Origin: Macrostomum lignano
Lineage: Eukaryota
DNA: 64,000 bases
Reading direction: 5' to 3'
Assembly: GCA_002269645.1 (NCBI GenBank)
Contig: NIVC01000218.1
Coordinates: 328,407 to 392,406, forward strand
Shown piece by piece: positions 13,560 to 25,958 of this stretch. Made by a program: the position numbers and the translations under genes. Numbering within the stretch: the first letter of the stretch is position 1; each line of letters opens with the position of its first letter. Under the pieces are notes generated by a model. It ran no database searches. It had not been told where the DNA came from and worked only from the letters and a program-made list of their open reading frames with translations.

Positions 13560-14200
13560 GGGCGCTAGGTAGAGTGGCGCTAGAAAGAGTGGCGCCAGGA
13601 AAAGGGCGCCAGGAAGAGTGGCGCCAGGAAAAGGGCGCCAGGAAGAGTGGCGCCAGGAAAAGTGGAGCCAGGAAGAGGGGCGCCAGGAAGAGGGGCGCCA
13701 GGAAGAGGGGCGCCAGGAAGAGGGGCGCCAGGAAGAGGGGCGCCAGGAAGAGGGGCGCCAGGAAGAGGGGCGCCAGGAAGAGGGGCGCCAGGAAGAGGGG
13801 CGCCAGGAAGAGTGGCGCTAAGATGAGTGGCGCCAGGAAGAGGGGCGCCAGGAAAAGTGGCGCTAAGATGAGTGGCGCCAGGAAGAGTGGCGCCAGGAAA
13901 AGTGGAGCCAGGAAGAGGGGCGCCAGGAAGAGGGGCGCCAGGAAGAGTGGCGCTAAGATGAGTGGCGCCAGGAAGAGGGGCGCCAGGAAGAGTGGCGCCA
14001 GGAAAAGGGCGCTAGGAAGAGTGGCGCCAGGAAAAGGGCGCCAGGAAGAGTGGCGCCAGGAAAAGGGCGCTAGGTAGAGTGGCGCTAGGAAGAGTGGCAC
14101 CAGGAAGAGTGGCGCTAGGAAGAGTGGCGCCAGGAAGAGGGGCGCCAGGAAGAGTGGCGCTAAGATGAGTGGCGCCAGGAAGAGGGGCGCCAGAAGAGAC
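13560..14200. repeat. 15-bp minisatellite (aggggcgccaggaag / agtggcgccaggaag)
   Basis: Direct reading; paralog at 23300-24622. Confidence 0.95.
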
Positions 14201-14379
14201 AGCGCATGCGATGCTAATGGTGTATTATGAAAATTTAATAAAAAATGAAAAATTATCAACCGGGCGATTTAACCTTCGAATAGTTTTGAAAATAAAATAA
14301 AATCTTTGAATGCTTATTTTCTCATAATATATATTTTGGCTTTGGCACTGAGTCATACAGGAATTGCCTCTATCTCACT

Positions 14380-14384
14380 CTCTC

Positions 14385-14415
<31 letters not shown>

Positions 14416-14418
14416 TAG

Positions 14419-14451
<33 letters not shown>

Positions 14452-14454
14452 TAG

Positions 14455-14535
<81 letters not shown>
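14380..14535. repeat. (TGTC)n microsatellite
   Basis: Direct reading; paralogous position to 29510-29880. Confidence 0.97.
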
Positions 14536-14539
<4 letters not shown>

Positions 14540-15078
14540 GCGAAAGTGAGGGGGTGAAAGGGTGACCGGGAGAGAGGGTGAGAGGTGAGAGGGTGAGAGG
14601 TGAGAGGGTAAGCGGAAGAGGTGAGAGGGTAAGAGATTGAGAATGAGAGAGTTCGAACAGATCCGCTGTAGTTTGACCCAGAGTGCAGCAAAATGCGCAG
14701 GAGCACGAGCACAGAGTCTATTTTTAGCAATTACTCTCAAACAGCAACAAAACATGGAAATAGCTGCAGAAATGAAATAGTCTATGGGACAATCGACAAA
14801 GCAATTCCCATATGCAGACTTGTGCACTCGTCTGTGTGTGCAGGAATTCAGTGGCATTCAGCACTAAACAGCGCTATGCTGACTGCCGCGGTTCTCAATA
14901 GAAAATTTGTCGCTTTCTCGCTAGGCGCCATGCTCGGCGCTCTGGCCAATCAAATTGTCCTAATGACGGCGGCTACTGGAAGTCGCGAGTCAATAGAAGA
15001 TTATCACCATGGCAATCATGCCGCTAATGCGTGAGTTTTTCTATGAATTTTGATTAACTGGGAAAATTAGGAAAAGAT

Positions 15079-15233
15079 GGGGTCCGTAGCCCAGCGGTCT
15101 GGCGCGGCGCTCTGATGTGCCAGCGGCTCAGGCTCGATCCCAAGTACAGGCACATTGATTTGGGGCTAAATTGGAATCTCGGCTTGGCTCTGCTCGTGCA
15201 ATTAACGGCCTTGAAGGCCAACGATAAATAAAG
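15079..15233 (+). mobile_element. Short tRNA-derived SINE-like element in intron 1 of copy B
   Basis: Box A TAGCCCAGCGG (15087), degenerate box B GGCTCGATCCC (15131), A-rich end ataaataaag. No cloverleaf and no clear TSD. Absent in B' intron 1. Confidence 0.5.
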
Positions 15234-15794
15234 TTAGGGCCGCTGTACACTGCTGTGTGAGTGTGTCCCTGTGCGTATGACTGCGTACGCATCCTTGCGC
15301 TTGTGTGCCTGCTCAGGGGAGTCGGCGGAATTTCTATTACTAATAGTAGTCTAAAACGACAGAGAACGGCCCTCAATTTCCCACACAAGACTTGAACCTC
15401 ACGGACGTGTACAACAACCTGTGGCAAAAGGCTTGGATGTCATTCGATTGGGCAGAGCGATGGTTGAACTTAGACCAATTCGATTTTGTGCTCAAAGCAG
15501 ACGATGACACATTTGTTGTGGTGGAGAACCTCCGTCTTCTGCTAGCCCCGTTGGATCCCGGACAGCCCGTCCATCTGGGCCGGTGGTTTTTCTACGATCG
15601 CGACCCGAAGCAGAGCTACATGTCCGGCGGGGGTGGCTACGTCTTGTCCAGAGCTGCTGTCCGACTGTTTCTGGCCAGAGCCGTGCGATCAGCTTCAACA
15701 CCCAAAGAGTGCAACCTGCAGGAGCACACTGCGGAGGACTGGAAGATGGGTGAGCGGCTGCCGTGGGATTTCTGGGTGTCTTCTGAGTTCTGGG

Positions 15795-16460
15795 GTGAGT
15801 CTGGTGTGAGTCTGGGGTGAGTCTCTTGAGTCTGGTGTGAGTCTGGTGTGAGTCTGGTGTGAGTCTGGGGTGAGTCTGGTGTGTGTCTGGGGTGAGTCTG
15901 GTGTGAGTCTGGTGTGAGTCTGGTGTGAGTCTGGGGTGAGTCTGGTGTGAGTCTGGGGTGAGTCTGGTGTGTGTCTGGGGTGAGTCTGGTGTGAGTCTGG
16001 GGTGAGTCTGGGATGAGTCTGGTGTGAGTCTGGGGTGTGAGTCTGGGTGGAGTCTGGGGTGAGTCTGGGGTGAGTCTAGGGTGAGTCTGGGGTGAGTCTG
16101 GGGTGAGTCTGGGGTGAGTCTGGGGTGAGTCTGGGGTGAGTCTGGGGTGAGTCTTGTGTGAGTCTGGTGTGAGTCTGGGGTGAGTCTGGGGTGAGTCTGG
16201 GGTGAGTCTGGGGTGAGTCTGGTGTGAGTCTGGGTGGAGTCTGGTGTGAGTCTGGGGTGAGTCTGGGGTGAGTCTGGGGTGAGTCTGGGGTGAGTCTGGG
16301 GTGAGTCTGGGGTGAGTCTGGGGTGAGTCTGGGTGGAGTCTGGTGTGAGTCTGGGGTGAGTCTGGGGTGAGTCTGGGGTGAGTCTGGTGTGAGTCTGGTG
16401 TGAGTCTGGGGTGAGTCTGGGGTGAGTCTGGGGTGAGTCTGGGGTGGGTCTGGGGTGAGT
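15795..16460 (+). repeat. 10-bp satellite (gtgagtctgg) in intron 2 of copy B
   Basis: Direct reading, roughly 65 copies. Confidence 0.95.
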
Positions 16461-16780
16461 CCGTTTCTGGGTTTTTTTAATCGCGGCTCTCAGTCACTCT
16501 GTATCCGAGTGCTCGTTGACTTCTCAGTTTGTGGGGTCTCTTTTGTAGGCATCTTCAAATGATAATTTAACAATAAAACCACTTCAATCTCTACAGGCAC
16601 GTGTCTTTCAAGCCTGGGCGTGAAATTTGTAGACAGCCGAGACGTGGGTGGTTTGGACCGGTTCCACCCCATCAACGTTGAGTACATGATCGGCTGGGGG
16701 CCCGCCGAGATGCCGCAGTGGATGTGGAAATTTAATTATTATAAATTCAGGGCTGTGAGTGCCGGGGTTGGGACTGGGGC

Positions 16781-16823
<43 letters not shown>

Positions 16824-16997
16824 GCAGAGCAGACACAGACAGACAGACGGACACAAACACTGACAGACACAAACACTGACAGACACAGACAGACAGAAAC
16901 GCAGACAGTCACCCATCCGAACGTGTCCCGCAGTGTCTAGAAAAGTGCGTGAGCAGCGTGGCGGCCACCTTCCACTACACGGACAATTTGTACTCTC

Positions 16998-17032
<35 letters not shown>

Positions 17033-18414
17033 TAGTGTCTGTCTGTGTGTCTGTCTGTCTGTCTGTCTATCTGTCTGTCTTAGTGTCTGTCTATTTGTCT
17101 GTCTGTCTTTCTTAGTGCTTGTCTGTCTGAGTGCGCACCTTATAGCCATATTGCTGATTTATGAAGGCTGCACAGTGGATACAGTAGATAGATAAAGAAT
17201 GGGACAGACGCTCAGACATTTGCAATACAACAGAAACTTCATCAATAAAATGGCTGGAAATCTACTGGCCTTATTTGTTGACTGCAAAAATGGAATTCAA
17301 TGTGCTGCTGAAGTTTCCTTACGGGTTATATTCATTTAGCTAAGCCCTCGGATAAAGTATGAGTCTGTTTAACGGGTGACTCATAAAAAGTTGTCAGTTA
17401 ATAAATCGGTTATCTCGAGAGTGCACCGGGAACTTTTTATCAATATCTCACGAAATTAATAAATCAATGAACAGCAGCTGCAATTCTCTTGAGAAATTAT
17501 TGAGGATATCAAATTTCTTGATTAATAAACTTGCATCCGAGGAGGAAGGTAATGTGACATGTATTTATGCACATTCATTTTGTTCACCTGATTTCGGCAA
17601 CTGAGATTGTCGCATTAAAAACACAGGATATGAGACATTGTGAGATTCTTGGGAAGGAATATTTGGTGAGATTAAATGAGAAGAGGAGATAAGATGAGAG
17701 GTTTTGTGAGGAATTTTAATGAGAAAAGAAGAAAATCTAGTTAGCTTTAAGAAGAGATTAGAAGAGAAATCAATAGACATTACCTGTTGATTAAAAAATA
17801 CCAGAATTGAGGAGATGTAGTGAAATTAGATTAAATTTAGTCATAATAGACGAGATTTAGTGAGATTCGATGAGATATACCCGGTAGTTATATAAGATGA
17901 GATTCAGTGAGCTTAGATAAAATTTAGTTAGATTAGATGAGATTAAGTAGGATTACATGTAGATACGATTTTGTGAGATTAGATGAGATGCCATGAGATT
18001 AGACGAAATGTAGTGAGATTAGATAGGATGCAGTGAGATTAGATGAGATTTAGTGAGATTAGATGAGATATAGTGAGATTAGATGATATGTATATGGTAC
18101 GATTAGATGTAATTTAATGAGATAAAATGAGATTTTCTAAGATTAGATAAAAAAGACTCGCGAGTTGAGACAAGGCAAAAATAAATTTGCAGTGGCAACA
18201 AAATAATTGTAACCAGTAATTTTTTATGCATCTATCTTGTGAAATGACAGCACAGATAGATTTATCTAAACTACTCCAAGTAGTTGAAAAGCAAAAACAA
18301 AACGAGAATTCAAATCAGGAAAGAACATTTACTCGTAATATTAACTAAGATATTTTTGACAGCAAAAAATGCCCGGGCACTTCGAAACTACAAAAATGCT
18401 TTTTATACACATCG

Positions 18415-20915
18415 TTATCGACTTCCCCTCAGCAGCTTCATCGCCTGTCGAGTTTCCGTCTCGGGCAGATGGACTCCAATGGGGCTCATGCCGTACAGCA
18501 GGAACTCCATCTTGTACATCTCTATCTGGCTGATGTAGTGGAATGTGGCTGAGGCCTTGCTGACGCAGCCGCGGTGACACTGCGTTGGTATTATTGGTAA
18601 GGCGGTGGATTGCTAATCTAGCCAAGATATGCAGAATGGATTGCTAATCTAGCCAAGATGCATAATGGATTGCTAATCTAGCCAAGATGCATAATGGATT
18701 GCTAATCTAGCCAAGATGCATAATGGATTGCTAATCTAGCCAAGATGCATAATGGATTGCTAATCTAGCCAAGATGCATAATGGATTGCTAATCTAGCCA
18801 AGATGCATAATGGATTGCTAATCTAGCCAAGATGCATAATGGATTGCCAAATAGCCTACATGTATTAGGAATAGAGTGTAGCGTATTAAGATGCTCACAG
18901 CCTTAAACTTGAAGTAGTTGAAGGTGTGCATCCACTTGGGCATGGGCATGGGGCCCCAGCCAATCATGTATTCCGGTGTCAGAGGATGGAACCGCTCCAG
19001 GCCGCTCGAGTCGCGACTGTCAATGAACTCAACGCCAAGTCCTTTCAGACAGGAGCCTAAGGGTTGGTTCGAATGGGTTTGTTAATTTGAGCTGTCAGTC
19101 ACCCTCTAGATTTATCAGTACTAGATCTGTTTCACCTTCTAGATCTGTCACCCTCTAGATCTGTCACCCTCTAGATCTGTCACCCTCTAGATCTGTCACC
19201 CACTAGATCTGTCACCCTCTAGATCTGTCACCCTCTAGATCTGTCACCCTCTAGATCTGTCACCCTCTAGATCTGTCACCCTCTAGATCTGTCACCCTCT
19301 AGATCTGTCACTCTCTAGATCTGTCACTCTCTAGATCTGTCACCCTCTAGATCTGTCACCCTCTAGATCTGTCACTATCCAGATCCTTCACTCTCTAGAT
19401 CTGTCACCCTCTCAGCAACAGTCCCAAACCAACCCAGCAAAACTCCCAAACCAACCCAGCAAAATTCCCAAACCAACCCAGCAAAATTCCCAAACACAAC
19501 CCAGCAAAATTCCCAAAACAACCCAGCAAAATTCCCAAACCAACCCAGCAAAATTCCCAAACCAACCCAGCAAAATTCCCAAACCAACCCAGCAAAATTC
19601 CCAAACCAACCCAGCAAAATTCCCAAACCAACCCAGCAAAACTCCCAAACCAACCCAGCATGAAATCCTCCGAGTGGCGCAGCTGCCTCTGGCACGGATC
19701 CAATTTCGGATTTCGAACGGCCGCACTTAAAAAAGTTCGCAGTGCCCTTCGAGACAGGGCGTACCCGGCACCACCTGACATGTAGGGCTTGTCGGCATCG
19801 CCGCTGTACCTGAACTTTCGGCCTACAAAACTCGGCCTTTCAGGGTGCAGCGGGAGCAAAATCAATCTTAAGTTCTCCATCACCGCGAAGGTGTCATCGT
19901 CGGCTTTGAAAATGAAGTCGAACTGGTCCAGATCGAAGTTCTTCTCCGCGTAGTCAAGAGACATCCACGTTTTCTGCCAGAGGTTGTCGTGAGTCTCCGT
20001 GACGTTCAGTCCTGAGTTTGCATTTTTTGCATTCAGATAAATTAGTTCTGAATTGGCAACCCACTTAACATGCACTAAGATTTGCGGTTCACAGCCGCAA
20101 AGACACACAGACACTGAGATTGGCGCCTCAAATTTTATCAAGATTTGCGCCTCAAATGCACCAAGATTGGCGCCTCGAATTTCACCAAGATTGGCGCCTC
20201 AAATGCACCAAGATTGGCGCCTCGAATTTCACCAAGATTGGCACCTCGAATTTCATAAAGATTGGCGCCTCAAATGCACCAAGATTGGCGCCTCAAAAGC
20301 ACCAAGATTGGCGCCTCAAATGCACCAAGATTGGCGCCTCGAATTTCATAAAGATTGGCGCCTCAAATGCACCAAGATTGGCGCCTCAAAAGCACCAAGA
20401 TTGGCGCCTCAAATGCACCAAGATTGGCGCCTCGAAGTTCATCAAGATTGGCGCCTCACAGACATAAAAGTCTGGCGTACGACAAGCACAAAGCAGAATT
20501 ACACTTGCACTAATAAAACAACACGCTCACTCATCAAAGGCAAACTCAGATTGGTTGGCTGGCTGCCAACAAACACGTGCCGATTGCACCGCCTGGCCCA
20601 GGTGTTATTAACAGCCGTCGCTCTTGTCGCGTAGTTGCCAGGATGGGTGATAATCAGGCAGAGGATTCGAACTCGCTTGTACAGCTCGGCAGGAATGTCC
20701 AGCTGAGGCGAGCTCAAGGATTTTCTGCTGGCATTGGTCTGATTTCCCATCTCAGTGAGCTGCTGTGACCTCATCTGCGACCCAGCTGCATTCACCATCA
20801 CTCGGGCGCCGTCACCAAGCATTTTTGTAGTTAGATGAGCAAAATGAGTTGCCATGGCGCCAACAATGAGGCCGCAGATTAGTGGCAGCCATTTCCTGCT
20901 ACCAACAGTTGCCAT
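18415..20915 (-). CDS. C1GALT1: C1GALT1-like copy A'; 4 exons, 354 aa
   Basis: Exons (minus): 20915-20531, 20011-19655, 19056-18899, 18579-18415. GT-AG, phases 1,1,0, open frame, all motifs as in copy A. Exon-1 differences from A are mostly synonymous. Confidence 0.93.
18605..18850. repeat. 29-bp minisatellite in intron 3 of A'
   Basis: Same unit as 2320-2742. Confidence 0.95.
19090..19410. repeat. 16-bp minisatellite in intron 2 of A'
   Basis: Same unit as 2990-3365. Confidence 0.95.
19413..19655 (-). repeat. 22-bp satellite built from the exon-2 donor junction (gctgg|gttggtttgggaatttt), ~11 copies
   Basis: Direct reading; only ~2 copies in copy A (3385-3425). Confidence 0.9.
20105..20462. 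repeat. 23-bp satellite (caagattggcgcctcaaatgcac) in intron 1 of A'
   Basis: Short, diverged sister of the 6.6-kb array in copy A. Confidence 0.92.
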
Positions 20916-21124
20916 GCCAACCAAATTAGTATCGTATCTAGAAATTATGAATGATTGAGCAGGTTGCGATAGTTTAAATGTAGCAGAGTTTTTCTCAAAA
21001 CTATGTGCTTAAAATTAACGCTTTCAATTTTAAAATGCTTTACTTTCAACTAATATACGTTTGCTAATCATAAGCTTGCAGAAGGTCGCTTTCACAATCT
21101 TGACATCGGGCTAACTGGAAACGT

Positions 21125-22330
21125 CACAAACGCGAACAAAACCTTCACAAACTCGAACAAAACCTTCACAAACTCAAACAAAACCTTCACAAACTCGAAC
21201 AAAACCTTCACAAACGCAAACAAAACCTTCACAAACTCGAACAAAACCTTCACAAACTCAAACAAAACCTTCACAAACTCAAACAAAACCGTCACAAACT
21301 CGAACAAAACCGTCACAAACGCAAACAAAACCTTCACAAACTCGAACAAAACCTTCACAAACTCGAACAAAACCTTCACAAACTCAAACAAAACCTTCAC
21401 AAACTCGAACAAAACCTTCACAAACTCAAACAAAACCTTCACAAACTCAAACAAAACCGTCACAAACTCGAACAAAACCGTCACAAACGCGAACAAAACC
21501 TTCACAAACTCGAACAAAACCTTCACAAACTCGAACAAAACCTTCACAAACTCAAACAAAACCGTCACAAACTCGAACAAAACCGTCACAAACTCGAACA
21601 AAACCTTCACAAACTCAAACAAAACCGTCACAAACTCGAACAAAACCTTCACAAACTCGAACAAAACCTTCACAAACTCAAAAAAAACCTTCACAAACTC
21701 GAACAAAACCTTCACAAACTCGAACAAAACCTTCACAAACTCAAAAAAAAACCTTCACAAACTCAAACAAAACCTTCACAAACCCGAACAAAACCTTCAC
21801 AAACTCAAACAAAACCTTCACAAACCCGAACAAAACCTTCACAAACTCGAACAAACCTTCACAAACTCGAACAAAACCTTCACAAACTCAAAAAAAACCT
21901 TCACAAACTCAAACAAAACCTTCACAAACTCAAAAAAAACCTTCACAAACTCGAACAAAACCTTCACAAACTCGAACAAACCTTCACAAACTCGAACAAA
22001 ACCTTCACAAACTCAAAAAAAACCTTCACAAACTCGAACAAAACCTTCGCAAACTCAAACAAAACCTTCACAAACTCAAACAAAACCTTCACAAACTCAA
22101 AAAAAACCTTCACAAACTCGACCAAAACCTTCGCAAACTCAAACAAAACCTTCACAAACTCAAACAAAACCTTCACAAACTCAAAAAAAACCTTCACAAA
22201 CTCGAACAAAACCTTCGCAAACTCAAACAAAACCTTCACAAACTCAAACAAAACCTTCACAAACTCAAACAAAACCTTCACAAACTCGAACAAAACCTTC
22301 GCAAACTCAAACAAAACCTTCACAAACCCG
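21125..22330. repeat. 21-bp minisatellite (acaaactcgaacaaaaccttc)
   Basis: Direct reading. Confidence 0.96.
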
Positions 22331-22601
22331 AAACTTACTCGTCAAAGTTTAACTACGACGGTTGCAGATTTGCAAAATTTTCTCTTTGCAGAAAATCTGA
22401 AACTACAAAAATGGCTTGAATTTTCATGCGCGAGACGGCGGAGCTTCTGCATGTGGAGGTTGTTAAAAATTATTTTTAGCAAAAATACTGCATTAGGCAC
22501 ATGGGGAGCATTGTACAGTCCCCACGGACACCTGTGCTGTGGCACTGTACCCCCGGAGGTGGAGGATTGAACCGACAAAACTCAGACGCCCGCCCCAATG
22601 T

Positions 22602-22647
<46 letters not shown>

Positions 22648-23299
22648 TCACTTTTAAGAAAATCGAAGAAATTGAATGCGGAAATTTTAGAATTCTACTT
22701 CGCTTTAGGAATGCAAAAAATAAGAATATAATTTCAAACATTTGCTTTCTTTGCATGCAAATGTTTGCAATTATATTCTTATTTTTTGCATTCCTAAATG
22801 CGGAAAATTTTGTCGGGCAATTGAAATGCAAGATATCGCATTTCAACTTGATATGCAGTCTTTCAGGTGATCGATTATTCTTTGTGCCCAGAAAATTATA
22901 TAGAACTACTTGCATAAGGGCATAAAAATTGAGGAAATGAATTTTCCTTCAAAGTGAAAAAGCCATGAAGCAAAATCTCAAAGCTGAAATATGACGCTTC
23001 TTTTACCTTTGAATATTTTTTCCCAGTTTTTCTTCGCCTAAGCCGCCCAAGTGGCTCCTTATTAGCGGGGTACAAGGAAGTTGAGAAGACTGACAGTTGG
23101 GGGGGGGGGAGGAGCAGCCAGCTAGCGCCATTGAAGAGTGAGCACCTGTTCAATAAGTGCCAGAAAAGCGCTCCGTCCGTTGTAATTAGGAATGAGGCGC
23201 TCGTGAAATAAGGGCGCCAAGATGAGGGGCGCCAAGATGGGGGTGACAGGAAGAGGGGCGTCAGAAAGAGGGGCGCCAGGATGAGTCGCGCCATGAAAA

Positions 23300-24622
23300 G
23301 GTGACCAAAATAAGAATAGCGCCAGGAAGGGTAGCGCCAGGAAGAGCAGCGCCAGGAAGAGTAGCGCCAGGAAGGGTAGCGCCAGGAAGAGTAGCGCCAG
23401 GAAGAGTGGCGCCATGAAAAGGAGACCAAAATAAGAATAGCGCCAGGAAGGGTAGCGCCAGGAAGGGTAGCGCCAGGAAGAGTAGCGCCAGGAAGAGTAG
23501 CGCCAGGAAGAATAGCGCCTAGAAGAGTAGCGCCAGGAAGAGTGGCGCCAAGAAGAGTGGCGCCAAGAAGAGTGGTGCCAGGTAAAATAGCGCCAGGAAG
23601 AGTAGCACCAGGAAGAGTGGCGCCGGGAAGAGTAGCGCCAGGAAAAGTGGCGCCAGAAAGAGTGGCGCCAAGAAGAGTAGCGCCAGGAAGAGGGGCGCCA
23701 GGAAGAGTGGCGCCAAGAAGAGTGGCGCCAGGAAGAGTAGCGCCAAGAAGAGTAGCGCCAGGAAGAATAGCGCCAAGAAGAGTAGCGCCAGGAAGAATAG
23801 CGCCAAGAAGAGTAGCGCCAGGAAGAATAGCGCCAAGAAGAGTAGCGCCAGAAAGAATAGCGCCAAGAAGAGTAGCGCCAGGAAGAGTAGCGCCAAGAAG
23901 AGTAGCGCCAGGAAGAATAGCGCCAAGAAGAGTAGCGCCAGGAAGAATAGCGCCAAGAAGAGTAGCGCCAGGAAGAATAGCGCCAAGAAGAGTAGCGCCA
24001 GAAAGAATAGCGCCAAGAAGAGTAGCGCCAGGAAGAATAGCGCCAAGAAGAGTAGCGCCAGAAAGAATAGCGCCAAGAAGAGTAGCGCCAGGAAGAGTAG
24101 CGCCAAGAAGAGTAGCGCCAGAAAGAATAGCGCCAAGAAGAGTAGCGCCAGAAAGAATAGCGCCAAGAAGAGTAGCGCCAGGAAGAGTAGCGCCAGGAAG
24201 AGTAGCGCCAGAAAGAATAGCGCCAAGAAGAGTAGCGCCAGGAAGAGTAGCGCCAAGAAGAGTAGCGCCAGAAAGAATAGCGCCAAGAAGAGTAGCGCCA
24301 GGAAGAGTAGCGCCAGGAAGAGTAGCGCCAGAAAGAATAGCGCCAAGAAGAGTAGCGCCAGGAAGAGTAGCGCCAAGAAGAGTAGCGCCAGAAAGAATAG
24401 CGCCAAGAAGAGTAGCGCCAGGAAGAGTAGCGCCAAGAAGAGTAGCGCCAGAAAGAATAGCGCCAAGAAGAGTAGCGCCAGAAAGAATAGCGCCAAGAAG
24501 AGTAGCGCCAGGAAGAGTAGCGCCAGGAAGAGTAGCGCCAGAAAGAATAGCGCCAAGAAGAGTAGCGCCAGGAAGAGTAGCGCCAAGAAGAGTAGCGCCA
24601 GAAAGAATAGCGCCAAGAAGAG
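23300..24622. repeat. 15-bp minisatellite (agtagcgccaggaag / aatagcgccaagaag)
   Basis: Direct reading. Confidence 0.96.
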
Positions 24623-25044
24623 TGAGTAATAATTCAGATTCGTCCAGGAATCTTCACAGCCAAACGTGAGAGGAATTATAAAAAAGATTAGCTAGTCTTT
24701 GCTTCGAAATAATTCTTTAAGTTGAGGTCCCAAAGCCTCAAGAAACCTCCAGAAGTCTAAAAGCTGGTATTAATACCACTTAAGGAGATTTTAGCATTGC
24801 TCGTACAGCATGGGTCGAACAATTTTTACGGGTTATAAGAAGCCACGAATGAAAAGTTAATGTAAATATATTTATAAAATCAAGGCAGTTTGTGCTTTTA
24901 AGCTTCACAATTATTTCTACAGGAAAGCATCAAGTCAGGTAATGATTACTGTTTTCTTTCATCTGTTAATTATAGGGGATTTTATCCTGATATATTAGAT
25001 TTCTTTCGAGATACTATCCTGGTAGTTTCACATATACCAGTAGG

Positions 25045-25925
25045 TATTTTCTCAGCTAGATATTTTCTCATCTAGGTATTTTCTCATCTAGGTATTTTCC
25101 AAGCTAGGTGTCTTCTAATTTACATATGTCTTTTCTTATCTAACAATCTTCTCATCTAGGTAGGTATTTTCTCATCTAGGTATTGTCTCATCTAGGTATT
25201 TTCTCATCAAGCATTTTCTCATCAAGGTAGCTTCTCTCATCTAGGTATTTTCTGATCTAGATAGCTTCTTTCATGTAGGTATTTTCTCATTTTCGTATTT
25301 TCGTATCTAGGTATTTTCTCATCTAGGTATTGTCTCAGCTAGGTATTTTCTCAGCTAGGTATTTTCTCATCTAGGTATTGTCTCAGCTAGGTATTTTCTC
25401 ATCAAGCATTTTCTCATCAAGGTAGCTTCTCTCATCTAGGTATTTTCTGATCTAGATAGCTTCTTTCATTTAGGTATTTTCTCATTTTCGTATTTTCGTA
25501 TCTAGGTATTTTCTCATCTAGGTATTGTCTCAGCTAGGTATTTTCTCAGCTAGGTATTTTCTCATCTAGGTATTGTCTCATCTAGGTATTTTCTCATCAA
25601 GCATTTTCTCATCAAGGTAGCTTCTCTCATCTAGGTATTTTCTGATCTAGATAGCTTCTTTCATTTAGGTATTTTCTCATTTTCGTATTTTCGTATCTAG
25701 GTATTTTCTCATCTAGGTATTGTCTCAGCTAGGTATTTTCTCAGCTAGTTATTTTCTCATCTAGGTATTGTCTCAGTTAGGTATTTTCTCAGCTAGGTAC
25801 TTTCTCATCTAGGTGAGACTAGAGAACAGAAATGTGAGACTAGAGAACAGGTGCGCAGGATTAAAAACACTACAAAGAGAACAATAACCTCTGTCTCAGC
25901 TTGGTATTTTCTCATCTAGGTATTT
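25045..25925. repeat. 16-bp minisatellite (attttctcatctaggt) with a 195-bp higher-order repeat
   Basis: The variant block aagcattttctcatcaaggtagc recurs at 25209, 25404 and 25599. Confidence 0.92.
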
Positions 25926-25958
25926 TCTGCCCATCAATTCGCACAGTCCGACTGACAG

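Larger units (their letters stand above)
14876..16993 (+). pseudogene. C1GALT1: C1GALT1-like copy B, disrupted
   Basis: Exons 14876-15030, 15390-15749, 16597-16754, 16934-16993. Exon 1 is 155 nt versus 382 nt in B' (deletion removing VRLLC..NNTW..CDKY and shifting intron phase 1 to 2, a frameshift). Exon 4 stops after DNLY and runs into (TGTC)n, with a stop at 17033-17035. Confidence 0.85.

Noticed and set aside
15079-15145. Possible tRNA gene (box A/box B)
   Set aside because: No convincing cloverleaf or acceptor stem, degenerate box B, and an A-rich tail follows; recorded as SINE-like instead.
13472-24669. Long ORFs of [26 protein letters not shown] repeats (up to 375 aa), superficially protamine-like or membrane-like
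   Set aside because: Stop-free frames of 15-bp and 21-bp satellites, open on both strands, with no unique sequence or splice context.
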